Source: Dehalococcoidia bacterium
GTDB lineage: Bacteria > Chloroflexota > Dehalococcoidia > SM23-28-2 > RBG-16-64-32
DNA: 64,000 bases
Assembly (NCBI GenBank): GCA_963665775.2
Contig: CAXXTF010000001.1
Location: 792,339-856,338, forward strand
Direction: 5' to 3'
The first letter of the stretch is position 1. Every line of letters begins with the position of its first letter. The position numbers and the translations under genes are program-made. Positions 1 through 8,996 of the stretch are shown here, in pieces. Under the pieces are notes generated by a model, which made no database searches, was not told the DNA's origin, and was given only the letters and a program-made list of their open reading frames with translations.

Positions 1-881
1 TCTGCTTGGATGGTGGCCCGCCGGGCCAGATCGGCCCCGCTCAACCCCTTGGGAAACCCTAGATAGTTCTCGATCAACGCGCTGGTGCCGGCCTGCCCAC
101 CGGCGGCCTCCCGCTCGACCATGACGATGCGTAACCCCTCGGACGCGCCATAGACGGCGGCCCCCAGTCCAGCGGGGCCGGCGCCGACGATAATTAGGTC
201 ATAGAACGGCTGGGCAGCCTGAGTTCGTAAGCCTATCTTCTCGGCCAGCGCGCGGTTGTGCGGCTCGACCAAGGTAGTGCCATCGGGGAAAAACACCACC
301 GGAAGCCGATGCGCTTCCTTGCTCACCGCCCCCACTAAGTCCTTAGCCGGCGCATCGCATTCAAGGTCCAACCACTGGTAGGGGACTTGGTTCCGGGCCA
401 GGAAGTCTTTAGTGTTGTGGCAGCTGGCCGACCACAGCGTGCCTGCCACGCGAATGCCGTCGTACGGCACCGGCACGGTCGCCGCCCAATCGCTCAGCAG
501 ATCGTCCAACACCGGGTACAGGTTCTGCTCAGGTGGATCCCAAGGCTTCATAAGGTAGTGATCCAGCCCAAGCGTATTGATGCTGGCAATCGCGGCCTCG
601 GTGTCCGCATAGGCGGTGAGCAGCACCTTGCGCGCTTCGGGGTAGAGCTTGAGCGCCTCGGCCAGAAACTCCGTCCCGCTCATGCCCGGCATGCGCTGGT
701 CGACCAGGAACAAGGCCACCGGAGCGTTGCGTTGCTTGAGCTGCCGCACTGTCTCGAGCGCCTCCGCACCCGAGCCGGCTTTGATAATGCGATAGTCGGC
801 GCCATACTGCTGCTGCAAGTCTCGCTCGACCGCGTTCCTGACGTGCGGCTCGTCATCGACCGTGAGAATGATCGGCTCGGC
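1..881 (-). pseudogene. Response-regulator receiver + thioredoxin reductase-like FAD oxidoreductase; separated from its ATG (4958-4960) by the transposon; runs off the window
   Basis: Manual translation: AEPIILTVDDEPHV...FLVDQRMPGMSG...LLTAYADT...YLMKPW (receiver), then YDLIIVGAGPAGLGAAVYGASEG...GGQAGTSALIENYLGFP (TrxB-like). Confidence 0.88.
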
Positions 882-966
882 CGGCTTTGCACATAAAAGG
901 CGTCCTGCACAAATAATTCTTAATGGGAACGGCGGCCTTGGACAAAAACTCTGCGACGGGTAGTAT

Positions 967-1728
967 TTGTGCGTGTACGCTCCCTACAAGGATCGACCCC
1001 TCAACGGCCGGGAACTAGAGAGGCTGCGCCTCACCCTGAGTAGTTTCAGGGACGGGAGCGGCCAGGTAACCTTAAAGGCTGGCGGGTCAATGCCTGGGTT
1101 CCGTGATTACGAGCGGGCATTAGCTGCTGTGCTTGAGGGCACCACGCCCGAGGATAAGGGGATATTTGATGTCTTGATCCAGGCAGAGGGCAAGCCATTC
1201 GGTATCTCCTGCAAGATGACTGCGATGCAACCACCCAAGAACCTGTCCAGCTTCATGGAGCTTTCAAACGCAGCCGCTACGTTCAGGAAGCATCTTCTTG
1301 CTCTCCAGATCAATTGGGCCACTGATCCGACGCTCGCCGGACCCGCCATCGTGGACCTTGTATCGGGTTGGCAAACGGCGGTTGCGGACTCAATAGACAT
1401 TGCTGGCAGCCGATATAGCGTGCTCGCTCACGACGCGAAATGGCGAAAGTTTCAAGTCCTTTGCTTCCCGATCAACCTAAAGATCGCCGATCCGAAGGGT
1501 GCCGTAGATTGGCTCTTTGAAGGGGCTTCGCTCAACGGCTACATTGACGACGGAGGACGACGCCACCGGCTCTGGCAGTGCTACATGAATTCCGGTGGGC
1601 AGTTGAAATACTTCCCGCTACTGTCTTGGGCCGACTGGGTAACCGAAACGTTCTGTCTAGAGGTTGCTCCCATCATGTCTCCCCTTGCCAAGGCTCAGAA
1701 TTACTTCAAGGCTCTCTGGCCTAAATAG
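967..1728 (+). CDS. Putative PD-(D/E)xK-type restriction endonuclease (start may be GTG 973)
   Basis: E...FDVLIQAEGKPFGISCK resembles a PD-x-SxK nuclease core; 253 aa; convergent with an adenine MTase. Confidence 0.6.
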   Translation: MCVYAPYKDRPLNGRELERLRLTLSSFRDGSGQVTLKAGGSMPGFRDYERALAAVLEGTTPEDKGIFDVLIQAEGKPFGISCKMTAMQPPKNLSSFMELSNAAATFRKHLLALQINWATDPTLAGPAIVDLVSGWQTAVADSIDIAGSRYSVLAHDAKWRKFQVLCFPINLKIADPKGAVDWLFEGASLNGYIDDGGRRHRLWQCYMNSGGQLKYFPLLSWADWVTETFCLEVAPIMSPLAKAQNYFKALWPK

Positions 1729-1733
1729 CTTGC

Positions 1734-2549
1734 CTACGGCTTCACCCAAAGGACTTCAAGCCGAACTGCCTGTTTCTCTACCTTGGGTGGTTTCATAGCG
1801 ACGCGGCTCCATCCGCTGAGCATATCGTCGTATATCTCGTTGCCGTAGCCGCTCACCACCACGGGGCCGGGGTGCGCGAGAAGTGCCTTCAGTAGCAATA
1901 TGTGGGCGTCGTCGTCCATCTCATCGCTGTACATGTGTTGAGTTCGGACGCAGTGCGGATAGGGTGGGTCGGCGTAAATTAGGCAATCCTCCGCAGCATG
2001 TCGCTCAATAACCTCAAGAGCATCACGATTCTCAATCTCGGCGTCTTTCAGCCGATCAGCTAGCCTTCGTAGCTGTTCAGGAACCTTATTCCATCGGTGA
2101 GACATTCCCCCTGCCCGCTGACTCGGGCCACGGTTCTTCCAGCCGGTTTTCTTAGCGAGGTCGCTTCCATGAGCCTGCCAGCAACGCACCACGAACCGAC
2201 GGGCGTTCTCAACGGCGTCGGCCGTGATGATGTGCGATAGGTCGTATTCGTCTCGGGACCATGGCGTAGCTTCCAACTTCCAACATAGTTCCTCGGTCTG
2301 ATCCCGAAGGACCAAGAAAAGGTTGGTTGCCTGGCTGTTCCTATCGTTTATGACTTCGTGGGGGACTCTCGGCTTTGAGAAGAACACCGCACCCGAGCCG
2401 AAGAACGGCTCGACGTAATGATAGTGTGGCCGGAATAGCTCGATGATCCGGTCGGCAAGGCTCCATTTCGATCCTGGATACCGGATGGCAGCAGCGTGGG
2501 TGCCCCCACGGCGTTCACTGGATGGCATTAGCGGTGCTTCGATTATCAT
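1734..2549 (-). CDS. DNA N6-adenine methyltransferase (Dam/D12 class)
   Basis: YPGSKW, YVEPFFGSGAV, IND and YADPPY motifs in alpha-class order. Confidence 0.93.
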   Translation of the reverse strand: MIIEAPLMPSSERRGGTHAAAIRYPGSKWSLADRIIELFRPHYHYVEPFFGSGAVFFSKPRVPHEVINDRNSQATNLFLVLRDQTEELCWKLEATPWSRDEYDLSHIITADAVENARRFVVRCWQAHGSDLAKKTGWKNRGPSQRAGGMSHRWNKVPEQLRRLADRLKDAEIENRDALEVIERHAAEDCLIYADPPYPHCVRTQHMYSDEMDDDAHILLLKALLAHPGPVVVSGYGNEIYDDMLSGWSRVAMKPPKVEKQAVRLEVLWVKP

Positions 2550-2555
2550 GCCAGT

Positions 2556-3431
2556 CTATGCCTCACCTTGTGGAAGTTGCCTCTGGTCGCCTCTCTCGGG
2601 AAGGAAATTGCTGCTTGAGACAACAGGTCGGCCCAGTTGCCTCTCAAAGTTCTCCCTCGCGTCACCAGCAATTTTGCCTCCAGCATGAGCAGTTTCTTTA
2701 TTTTCACTAAATCCTTGTGAGTCTCTCGCACGGGCCAGCTCGGCAGTAGATGTTTCACCTAGCATGGTCAAGACCAACTCCATGTCGGTCATATGGTCTC
2801 TAAGATTGTGCCCCTTGGCCAGACCTTTCACCTCTTTGTGCGTTTTGATGGCGATATTGAACGTCTCCTGGGAAATCACGTTGGTTAATACTGCGTATTC
2901 CTTGCCCTCTGTCACCCTACGACTGGCCCACTCGCTGGTTAGTTCCTTGCGACTTAGAACAGTCCGGATACGCGCTTTTATCCAGTCGTCTGAATGTCCT
3001 TGAATTTGGTAGTCGAGTATTGCCCTCTGGATGCCGAGTTCTGGATTCTGGAATTCCTGAATCCTCTCAAACGCTACCTTGGCGAGCCATCTCTTGAATG
3101 GCTCCGCTCTGGGCGACCCGATAGACTGGATGATGCGGAACATTGTTTCGGCATTTGCTGCATCAGTTGGGTACTCCTTGCCGTCTGGACCGGTCATTTT
3201 CAGTTGTCCGATATTTTCGGACAACTGACCGGAGCCCTCTTTTGTCAGCTTGCGCTTGAGGGCTGACCAATACCTGGAGGGCCTGTCGGTTTCAACGATT
3301 GCGCCGACCACATCGCTAATGGAGAAAAACCATTCCCCTTCCTCGAAAACCTTCCGGATTGGCTTTCCTTTGAACTCGTTGATTCCCATTTCACCAGGGA
3401 ACGAGATCATCTCTTCGCCTTTCTTTGCCAT
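2556..3431 (-). CDS. Bro-N domain (phage antirepressor-like) protein
   Basis: IRKVFEEGEWFFSISDVVG...YWSALKRKL...IQSIGSPRAEPFKRWLAKV; C-terminal LRDHMTDMEL. Confidence 0.85.
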   Translation of the reverse strand: MAKKGEEMISFPGEMGINEFKGKPIRKVFEEGEWFFSISDVVGAIVETDRPSRYWSALKRKLTKEGSGQLSENIGQLKMTGPDGKEYPTDAANAETMFRIIQSIGSPRAEPFKRWLAKVAFERIQEFQNPELGIQRAILDYQIQGHSDDWIKARIRTVLSRKELTSEWASRRVTEGKEYAVLTNVISQETFNIAIKTHKEVKGLAKGHNLRDHMTDMELVLTMLGETSTAELARARDSQGFSENKETAHAGGKIAGDARENFERQLGRPVVSSSNFLPERGDQRQLPQGEA

Positions 3432-3440
3432 GCTTGCCTC

Positions 3441-3587
3441 CTAGCCGGTCTTGGTTGCTTTGCGAGGAGTGTTCCAATAAGGACTCTTGCACTTCGGGCA
3501 TACCTTCGGCTCCTGGCCTAATGCCCTGGGTGCCCACTTATGCTCACATCGCTCACAGGCATACCCTTTCATCGCAATAATGGCCAT
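3441..3587 (-). CDS. 48-aa zinc-ribbon protein (absent from the ORF track)
   Basis: MAIIAMKGYACERCEHKWAPRALGQEPKVCPKCKSPYWNTPRKATKTG; CxxC...CxxC; first gene of the leftward cargo operon. Confidence 0.8.
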   Translation of the reverse strand: MAIIAMKGYACERCEHKWAPRALGQEPKVCPKCKSPYWNTPRKATKTG

Positions 3588-3615
3588 TCTGCACCCCTAG
3601 TAGTAATCCCTTTGT

Positions 3616-3661
3616 AGTATATGCTCACAAGGTTGACATTGCAAGCCCTTGGTGGTAATAT
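3616..3661. promoter_or_regulatory. Overlapping divergent sigma70-type promoters (transposase vs cargo operon)
   Basis: + strand TTGACA(3633-3638)-17-TAATAT(3656-3661); - strand TTGCAA(3644-3639)-17-TATACT(3621-3616). Confidence 0.7.
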
Positions 3662-3692
3662 ACTGCTAGGTAAGTTAAGGGGGGAAGCAGAC

Positions 3693-4925
3693 ATGGACGC
3701 TAGGCAGCAAAGAGGATTGGAGATAGCGGCTAAGAGCAGGATACGTAGACAGGATGATACCTGGTTGGTGCCGTCTCAAGCCAAGGACGGCGAGAGGTAC
3801 ACCGTTATACCTGGGCTCCGATGTTCGTGCCCCGATCATGAAACCCGCCAAGTGAAGTGCAAGCACCTGTGGGCGGTCGAGTATGTCATGGAGCGCGAGA
3901 CTGACGAGAACGGAATGGTTACGGAGACTGAAGCGGTCCGGGTGACCAAGGTCACGCGCAAGACTTACCCTCAGAACTGGACGGCTTACAATGCAGCGCA
4001 ATCCGAGGAAAAGACTCGGTTCGGCGTCCTGTTGGCTGATCTCTGTAGGGGTATCCAGCAGCCTATCCACGAAGGCAGAGGCCGTCCAGCACTCCCGCTG
4101 GCAGACATGCTCTTTGCTTCGGCCTACAAGGTTTACACCGGCTTCTCTTCCCGACGTTTTACCAGCGACCTTCGGGACGCTAAACCTGAGGGCCTGGTCG
4201 CCAGCACTCCTCACTTCAACTCGGTCACAAACTACCTTTCCAATCCCGATATGACACCGATCCTCAAGCACTTGGTCACCGTAAGCAGCCTCCCGCTCAA
4301 AGCCGTGGAGACTCAATTCGCCATTGACTCTAGCGGTTTCACCACGTCCCGCTTCATCCGCTGGTACAACAAAAAGTACGGGCGAGACATCGACAACCGC
4401 GAGTGGGTCAAGGTGCATCTGATGTGCGGAGTCAACACGCATATTGTCACCAGCGTCGATGTGAGCGGATGGGAAGCTCACGATACCACCTACTTCGTGC
4501 CTCTCTTGGAGCAGACCGCCAGGAACTTTCACATGTCCGAAATCTCGGCGGACAAGGCGTACCTGAGCCACAAGAACTTGGCAGCGGTCGAGACCATTGA
4601 CGCAACGCCGTTCGTTCCGTTCAAGAGCAATACGCTCCCGACCACGGAAAACTCGGCGTGGGGCCGCATGTACCATTACTTTATGCTTAACCGGGAAGCG
4701 TTTATGACTCATTACCACCGTCGTTCCAATGTGGAGACGGTGTTCTCGATGTGCAAGGCAAAATTCGGAGATTCGGTCCGCAGCAAGAGCGACAGCGGCA
4801 TGGTCAACGAAGTCCTCTGTAAGGTTCTATGCCATAATATCTGCGTGCTGATCCAAGCGATTCACGAGTTTGGAGTCGAACCTAATTTTTGTGCACAACT
4901 CGGTCTTGCACAGAAAGTAGCCTGA
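3693..4925 (+). CDS. Transposase: N-terminal SWIM Zn finger + IS5/IS4-type DDE domain
   Basis: CSCPDH...CKH (SWIM); IDSSG, ADKAY, YHRRSNVETVFS catalytic motifs; ends 14 bp before the right TIR. Confidence 0.92.
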   Translation: MDARQQRGLEIAAKSRIRRQDDTWLVPSQAKDGERYTVIPGLRCSCPDHETRQVKCKHLWAVEYVMERETDENGMVTETEAVRVTKVTRKTYPQNWTAYNAAQSEEKTRFGVLLADLCRGIQQPIHEGRGRPALPLADMLFASAYKVYTGFSSRRFTSDLRDAKPEGLVASTPHFNSVTNYLSNPDMTPILKHLVTVSSLPLKAVETQFAIDSSGFTTSRFIRWYNKKYGRDIDNREWVKVHLMCGVNTHIVTSVDVSGWEAHDTTYFVPLLEQTARNFHMSEISADKAYLSHKNLAAVETIDATPFVPFKSNTLPTTENSAWGRMYHYFMLNREAFMTHYHRRSNVETVFSMCKAKFGDSVRSKSDSGMVNEVLCKVLCHNICVLIQAIHEFGVEPNFCAQLGLAQKVA

Positions 4926-5263
4926 AAACGGGGTTTATTGTGCAAAGCCGGCTCGGCCATATCCTATGCCTCACACCAAACTAATTTGCGCGTTCCTGAG
5001 CGGCTCCTGCGTTCAGCCACGAAATGATGCACACCCGACCGGTATGGACGGCACAACCACGGCGAAAGAGGGCTCGCGGGATTGCTCCATTGCGGTGGGC
5101 GCCATCTGGGCTGGTGATGGCGAAGAGGATTATCCCCCTGCCGGAAGAGAGCGTCAAGTTACTGACCCGACCAGTTCAGAAGCGGAGGGTTCCCACTATC
5201 TATGTTCGCTCCGGCGCTTTGACGGGCTTTCTTTGGGACATGAAGTGACCTACGGCGGCAAGC

Positions 5264-5872
5264 CTACGCTGCGGCTTGGGGTGCCTTCGGTCCCGTGTCG
5301 ATGGCGAAGGGTGGGTAACGGCCGACGAGTGAAGCATGGTAAGTGAGAAGCCTCGCCTCCCAGGGCAGCACGCCACATTGGAAATTGTAGAGCCCTTGAG
5401 GGTAGCGTTCCCGGATCAGGATCATGACGGCTGCGATAAGCCAGATCACAGCGGACGCGATGCCGATGATGGCGAGAACGAAAGCACTTGGGATGCTATA
5501 GACGAGGCGCAGGAGTGCCGAGCCGACGGTGGGAGTGCCTTCGGTCTTCACCTCGAAACGGACGATCTCCTCGGGCCCTCCACTGGGGAAGCGGTCCGTG
5601 AGGAAGGCGAGGTAGGCGTAGAGGGCGATCAACCATCTGAGCCAGCCCGTCATCTTCGGCCCATCTTCCTCCATGAATCTTTCGGAGCCCTTCCGGGATA
5701 TGAAAATCGCGGCTAGGACCGGTAGGATTAGGTAGACGAGACCAAATAGCAGGCCAACGACATTGCCGACAATGGATAAGATAATCAGAACAAGGACACG
5801 GAGAAAGACTTGCGGCCGCTGGAACTTCTCGGGTCGGTCAATGCCAAACGTGACAGGATAGTCGGCTGCCAT
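5264..5872 (-). CDS. DUF4389-like membrane protein
   Basis: YPVTFGID..., two repeated hydrophobic modules ending TDRFP and GRYPPF. Confidence 0.8.
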   Translation of the reverse strand: MAADYPVTFGIDRPEKFQRPQVFLRVLVLIILSIVGNVVGLLFGLVYLILPVLAAIFISRKGSERFMEEDGPKMTGWLRWLIALYAYLAFLTDRFPSGGPEEIVRFEVKTEGTPTVGSALLRLVYSIPSAFVLAIIGIASAVIWLIAAVMILIRERYPQGLYNFQCGVLPWEARLLTYHASLVGRYPPFAIDTGPKAPQAAA

Positions 5873-6047
5873 GATTCCTCCTTCGCGGTCATGAGACCTA
5901 GCCGTAGTGCCCGTCATACTAGGTACGACAGGGTATTCTTTATCGAGGGCTCCTGCTCCAGCTCTCTATTACCGCTATTCTAGCACTGCAGACCCGGTGT
6001 TCGCCCTCTCGTATAATGGACGCGATTTAGCGGAAGGAAGTCTGACT

Positions 6048-6281
6048 ATGCGCATACCGTTCGGTCAAGGCCGCGCCGCGGCAATCGCGGGCATTATCAT
6101 CATGGCGCTGATGATCGAGGGCGCGATCGCGGTAGTGATCGATGATGCTTGGCTATGGGGGCTTCTTGCACTCTTCATCGTCTGTCTATTCTCAGGGCGT
6201 AGAGGTCGACTCCCGTGGCAGGAACGGTGGTGGTGGAAAGAATTCTTCGGTACGAAGGAGTCCAATAGCTCCGACAAATAG
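6048..6281 (+). CDS. Small two-TM membrane protein
   Basis: AAGGAAG RBS; two hydrophobic segments; Trp-rich tail. Confidence 0.5.
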   Translation: MRIPFGQGRAAAIAGIIIMALMIEGAIAVVIDDAWLWGLLALFIVCLFSGRRGRLPWQERWWWKEFFGTKESNSSDK

Positions 6282-6415
6282 TGGTGCAGATCGCTAAGTA
6301 CCGAGCGGGCGATGATGCGGCCCGTTTGTGGCGGAGCGGCGCGCGGCGAAGGCGACTTTGGTACTGGCTGTGAGGGGAGTCAACTTGGGGCAGCACCTAG
6401 GACGAGGTAGGGACA

Positions 6416-6937
6416 GTGGAACAGTCGAGTGAAGAAGCGCGGCTCAGAGTACGGGATGCCGTGTTGGACGAGTTAGACGAGATTTCAGCGCTCTTGGTGG
6501 CAGCATATAGTGAGTACGCCAGTTCCCTTCCCCAGAAAAGGTGGGAAGCATACGCCAGCAACATTGCCGACGTTCGGGGGCGTCTCGGAGAATCTGAGCT
6601 CATAGTCGCCGAGCAGAATGGCGAGATTGTCGGCGCCGTAACTCTCTATCCAGATCGCTCGCAATCGATGGTTGAGGGATGGCCATCCGGATATTCGGGT
6701 GTGCGGTTACTGGGAGTTCACCCGGAGGCACGAGGTAAGGGCGTGGCCCGTGAATTGATGTTCGAATGCATCCGGCGGTCCCGAGAGTGGGGAGTTCGCT
6801 ACATCGGGTTGCACACGACAGAGCTAATGTCGATTGCGAGAGGCATGTATGAGCGGATGGGATTTGAGCGCGTGCCGGAGTTTGATGCGAAGCCGGCCCC
6901 GGAGGTGCTGGTGATGGCCTACCGGCTCCACCTGTGA
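6416..6937 (+). CDS. GNAT N-acetyltransferase
   Basis: LGVHPEARGKGVAR motif A; ARGMYERMGF. Confidence 0.92.
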   Translation: MEQSSEEARLRVRDAVLDELDEISALLVAAYSEYASSLPQKRWEAYASNIADVRGRLGESELIVAEQNGEIVGAVTLYPDRSQSMVEGWPSGYSGVRLLGVHPEARGKGVARELMFECIRRSREWGVRYIGLHTTELMSIARGMYERMGFERVPEFDAKPAPEVLVMAYRLHL

Positions 6938-7159
6938 GTCTCTTTGGGACCCCATCCGCATCTTGGCTGGATGGCAGGACATGGCGTACACATCGCAGCA
7001 TGACAGAGCCGGAAGGCGATCGAGAAGCTCTTGAGTGGCATGGTGGCTGGTCAATAGCACGGGGGAAGATGTGAGCGCTATGACTTAGACCGTATCCGCC
7101 ACGAACTATCTTGCACGGGTGTTCTACGAAGATAGGTACAGACTGAGAGTAGCGCAACT

Positions 7160-7399
7160 ATGGCAACGGGCACAATCAAGACTCTGATAAGCGACCGAGG
7201 CTTCGGATTCATTGTTCCAAAGGAAGCGGAAGCCGACGCCAAAGATCTCTTCTTCCACCGCTCCGATGTGCAGGGCGTGACCTACGAAGATCTGCGGGTT
7301 GGGCAGGAAGTAGATTACGACCTGGGAAGTGACGAGCGTCGCGGGACGCCCAAAGCCACCAACGTGCGGTCCTTTCGAGTACATAGGGAAGATGGCTGA
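7160..7399 (+). CDS. Cold-shock domain protein
   Basis: GTIK...RGFGFI (RNP1), DLFFHRSD (RNP2). Confidence 0.93.
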   Translation: MATGTIKTLISDRGFGFIVPKEAEADAKDLFFHRSDVQGVTYEDLRVGQEVDYDLGSDERRGTPKATNVRSFRVHREDG

Positions 7400-7435
7400 A
7401 ACCTTCAAATTGGTCACCGCCCAGGCGGAAGCGTC

Positions 7436-7686
7436 TGTAGGGGGCCAATTGTCCTCCGTATCTGAAACAGGTTAAGCAGCCAGCCATTCGTACTCGTGAT
7501 GTAGTCCTCCCAGCACCGGCCGGGCAACGATCCGCCCGATCCGCGGCGGGCTAGCCCGTGCAGGTGGCCCGGTAGGAGTCTCAAGATCCAGAGTGCGATG
7601 AGGTCGCCCGTTGTTGTAGTGGACCTCGTACTCCCCCAGCACGGCACGAAGATGCCTCTCATTGATGATGATCAGGTGATCTAGGC
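7436..7686 (-). mobile_element. IS481-like (rve integrase core) transposase 3' fragment with terminal IR
   Basis: HYNNGRPHRTL...LGGLHHEYEWLAA; end TGTAGGGGCCAATTGTCCTCCGTATCT; nearly identical to 18895-19145. Confidence 0.85.
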
Positions 7687-7860
7687 TGTGGGGTGCCAAA
7701 ATGTCATCCGTATCCAGAGAGTTGAGTCGACGGGCCTGCTGGGCGAGCATTGAGACTGTCAAGACACCGGCGGCAATGCCATACTAGACTCCCTTCCTGG
7801 TAAGCAGATGGTCCAGCGGCTGGCCCTTTTAGATACGGATGACATTTTGGCACCCCTACA
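7687..7860. mobile_element. MITE-like 174-bp element bounded by IS481-like TIRs
   Basis: TGTGGGGTGCCAAAATGTCATCCGTATC ... GATACGGATGACATTTTGGCACCCCTACA in inverted orientation; no TSD visible. Confidence 0.75.
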
Positions 7861-8530
7861 AGATTGGATCGAGACACTCCGGGTCGTCCCATCTGGTGCT
7901 GTTGACCCGAGGCGACACCGGGCTGCCAATCAGCAGCCCTTCCCTAGCAGGCCCCAGTAGACCGCTCAACGCGACTGGGTCAGCCTGCGCAGGGTGTAGC
8001 CACTCGTCTACCAGCTCCTCCGGCAGTATCACCGGCATCCGGTCATGAATGGGCTGGATCGTGGCATTAGCCTGGGTGGTGACGATTGTGAACGTCGGCT
8101 CCCACACGTCAAGCACCGGCTGCCAGGACTCGTAGAGCCCGGCGAACAGAAGCAGCCCGCCGTCTTCACGATGGAACCAGATGGGCTGCCGACTACCCTT
8201 GGCGCCCGTCCACTCGTAGAAGCCGTCAGCTGGGACCACACACCTGCGCTTCCTGAAGGCATCCCGAAACGCAGGGCGTTGGTCCATTATCTCAGCACGG
8301 GCATTGATCTGGCGGAAGCCGGCCCTGGAGTCCTTGGCCCAGTGGTTGATGAGCCCCCAGCGGGCGGGCAGGACTTCTCGGTCTTCATGCTCCATGCGCA
8401 TGATCCAGTGATCCTGAGTGGGGGCGATGTTGTAGCGAGGCGAGTAGTCGCCGAAGGACTCTATGGGGACGCCCAGCTGATGGGCCAAGAGATCAGCTTT
8501 ACGGAAGGTCAGGGTAAAACGGCCACACAT
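7856..8530 (-). CDS. SOS response-associated peptidase (SRAP, YedK/HMCES family)
   Basis: MCGRF N-terminus (Cys2), YNIAPTQ, INARAE, ADGFYEW, IHDRMPVIL. Confidence 0.96.
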   Translation of the reverse strand: MCGRFTLTFRKADLLAHQLGVPIESFGDYSPRYNIAPTQDHWIMRMEHEDREVLPARWGLINHWAKDSRAGFRQINARAEIMDQRPAFRDAFRKRRCVVPADGFYEWTGAKGSRQPIWFHREDGGLLLFAGLYESWQPVLDVWEPTFTIVTTQANATIQPIHDRMPVILPEELVDEWLHPAQADPVALSGLLGPAREGLLIGSPVSPRVNSTRWDDPECLDPIL

Positions 8531-8623
8531 GGAAAGTGTACCAGAATCCGCAAGCCTCCCTGTCCATATAGATTCTTGTTCTAGGCAGTGGCACCATGGG
8601 ATGCCACTGCGGGGGTGCAGTTG

Positions 8624-8854
8624 ATGAAGGTCTGGTCTACACTGTTCTTCCAGGAAGCTGTGAGAGATAGACCGACTGCCCTAGAAGTACGTCGGGCGCG
8701 GGACGCCCTGCGCTGCTACGGCAACTATAGCGCTCAAACGCTGGGGCACGCCCTGACCTACTGTCTGCACTGCGGCGTGCTTAGAACCTGTGTGCAGAGA
8801 CAGTGGCGAAAACGGGAACGCCGCAGTCGGCGCTGGATGACGGAACGACCTTAA
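8624..8854 (+). CDS. Small Cys-rich basic protein (C-x15-C-x2-C-x5-C)
   Basis: ORF between SRAP and imuB; four Cys; Arg-rich tail; start could be 8588. Confidence 0.45.
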   Translation: MKVWSTLFFQEAVRDRPTALEVRRARDALRCYGNYSAQTLGHALTYCLHCGVLRTCVQRQWRKRERRSRRWMTERP

Positions 8855-8948
8855 GACCCGGCGACTGGCCCTCACCCCATCCGCCGTTCGCCAGCTGCAC
8901 TTCTGGCCAGCACCACTCGACCTCTACACCTGAAATGACAGGCTACCC

Positions 8949-8977
8949 TTGACTGGGCGAACACCCGTTCGTATCCT
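8949..8977 (+). promoter_or_regulatory. imuB promoter with LexA (SOS) box in the spacer
   Basis: TTGACT(8949-8954)-17-TATCCT(8972-8977); CGAAC-ACCC-GTTCG at 8958-8971. Confidence 0.88.
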
Positions 8978-8996
8978 CTGATCTGAGGCTCGCCCT

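Larger units (their letters stand above)
883..4949. mobile_element. IS5-family (IS903-like) cargo-carrying transposon, 4,067 bp
   Basis: TIR GGCTTTGCACA (883-893) and TGTGCAAAGCC (4939-4949); 9-bp direct repeat GGCTCGGCC at 874-882 and 4950-4958; removing the element restores ATG GCC GAG CCG ATC. Confidence 0.93.

Noticed and set aside
3675-4718. 347-aa antisense ORF, and similar long ORFs such as 387-896, 27441-28547 and 12084-12776
   Set aside because: Shadow ORFs opposite well-supported genes in GC-rich DNA, with no motifs
8569-8583. Second LexA box upstream of SRAP (TAGAACAAGAATCTA on the minus strand)
   Set aside because: Only one half-site matches GAAC-N4-GTTC
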